Assembly (NCBI GenBank): GCA_038087875.1
Contig: CM075997.1
Coordinates: forward strand, 5,768,001 to 5,832,000
Length of the DNA stretch: 64,000 nucleotides
Reading direction: 5' to 3'
Origin: Malacoraja senta
Taxonomy: Eukaryota
The notes under the pieces are model-generated. The model saw nothing but the letters and a program-made list of their open reading frames with translations. It was not told the origin of the DNA and did no database searches. Numbering within the stretch: position 1 is the stretch's first letter; every line of letters begins with the position of its first letter. This document shows, piece after piece, positions 63,909 through 64,000 of the stretch. A program made the translations under genes and the position numbers.

Positions 63909-64000
63909 ATATCTGTGTCGAACATGATGCCAAGACCAACTCGTATCTGGCTGCACATTATCCATATCCCTCTTTTCCCTGCATACCCATATGGCGATCG

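Overview
Vertebrate genomic DNA, most likely from a cartilaginous fish (skate or ray, inferred from the HER1-like CR1 LINEs, HE1-like V-SINEs and Penelope repeats). The window holds 18 consecutive + strand coding exons (2,541 nt, all GT-AG, reading frame continuous) of a skeletal-muscle-type ryanodine receptor, RYR1. They correspond to human exons 8-24 and cover the N-terminal MIR/RIH domains, SPRY1 and RyR repeats 1-2. The gene extends past both window edges. The introns are a nested mosaic of transposable elements: CR1 fragments, a two-LTR Gypsy element, Helitron-like elements, Penelope-like elements (PLEs), a Crack/L2-group LINE inside a TC microsatellite, Rex1/Babar, Vingi-like, L1/Tx1 and Tc1 remnants, plus a 200-N gap. 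Most interesting observations: (1) a family of ~100-220 bp Penelope-derived, often fold-back mini-elements with 10-17 bp target-site duplications (TSDs) and hammerhead-ribozyme cores, including a 98-bp minimal unit and one copy whose loop repeats nearby flanking DNA; (2) a decayed, intron-less RYR cDNA fragment spanning the exon 9/10 junction, lying in a downstream intron of RYR1 itself; (3) a SINE headed by a broken HDV-like ribozyme; (4) loss of several cysteines in this RYR1 relative to mammals. Human exon and residue numbers and TE family names are recalled, not searched.
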